This document shows positions 63,900 through 64,000 of a DNA stretch of 64,000 nucleotides, piece by piece. Every line of letters begins with the position of its first letter. Position 1 is the stretch's first letter. Position numbers and translations under genes: made by a program. The notes under the pieces were generated by a model, which made no database searches, was not told the DNA's origin, and saw nothing but the letters and a program-made list of their open reading frames with translations. The DNA is taken from positions 58,528,001 through 58,592,000 of the forward strand of contig NC_043007.1 of assembly GCF_006345805.1 (NCBI RefSeq), given 5' to 3'. Origin of the DNA: Octopus sinensis (taxonomy: Eukaryota).

Positions 63900-64000
63900 A
63901 CCCAAAATTTTTGGGGAGGGGGAGGCAGTCAATTAGATCGACCCCAGCACACAACTAGCACTTAATTAATCAACCCCAAAAGGATGAAAGTCAAAGATGA
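63900..64000 (-). mobile_element. Family A SINE 3' part, cut by the window edge
   Basis: atcgaccccag...caaccccaaaaggatgaaag. Confidence 0.7.

Overview
This is AT-rich, microsatellite-dense animal genomic DNA. The repeat families (tRNA-derived SINEs, an R4/Dong LINE) point to a coleoid cephalopod, most likely Octopus; this is inferred from recognition of the repeats, not from a database search. The only confidently supported host gene is a minus-strand RAB29 (Rab7L1)-like small GTPase with three internal coding exons (59223-59294, 55557-55738, 48693-48814); its first and last coding exons were not found. Mobile DNA makes up most of the rest. It includes a decayed R4/Dong RLE-LINE with a nested SINE, a CsRn1-like Ty3/Gypsy element lacking PR-RT, a second decayed Gypsy inside a RAB29 intron, an internally deleted piggyBac, a hAT MITE, several foldback/palindromic elements and many SINEs. 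A 100-N scaffold gap (34587-34686) and a 9.5-kb degenerate (AT/AC) tract mark a low-confidence stretch of assembly. The most interesting signal is three type I hammerhead ribozyme folds, each with a short self-complementary stem III, carried by three unrelated non-coding vehicles: a ~541-bp tandem unit (retrozyme-like), a long foldback element and a tRNA-headed SINE. All structures were folded by eye and none is experimentally tested. Nearly all long ORFs in the supplied track are microsatellite artefacts.
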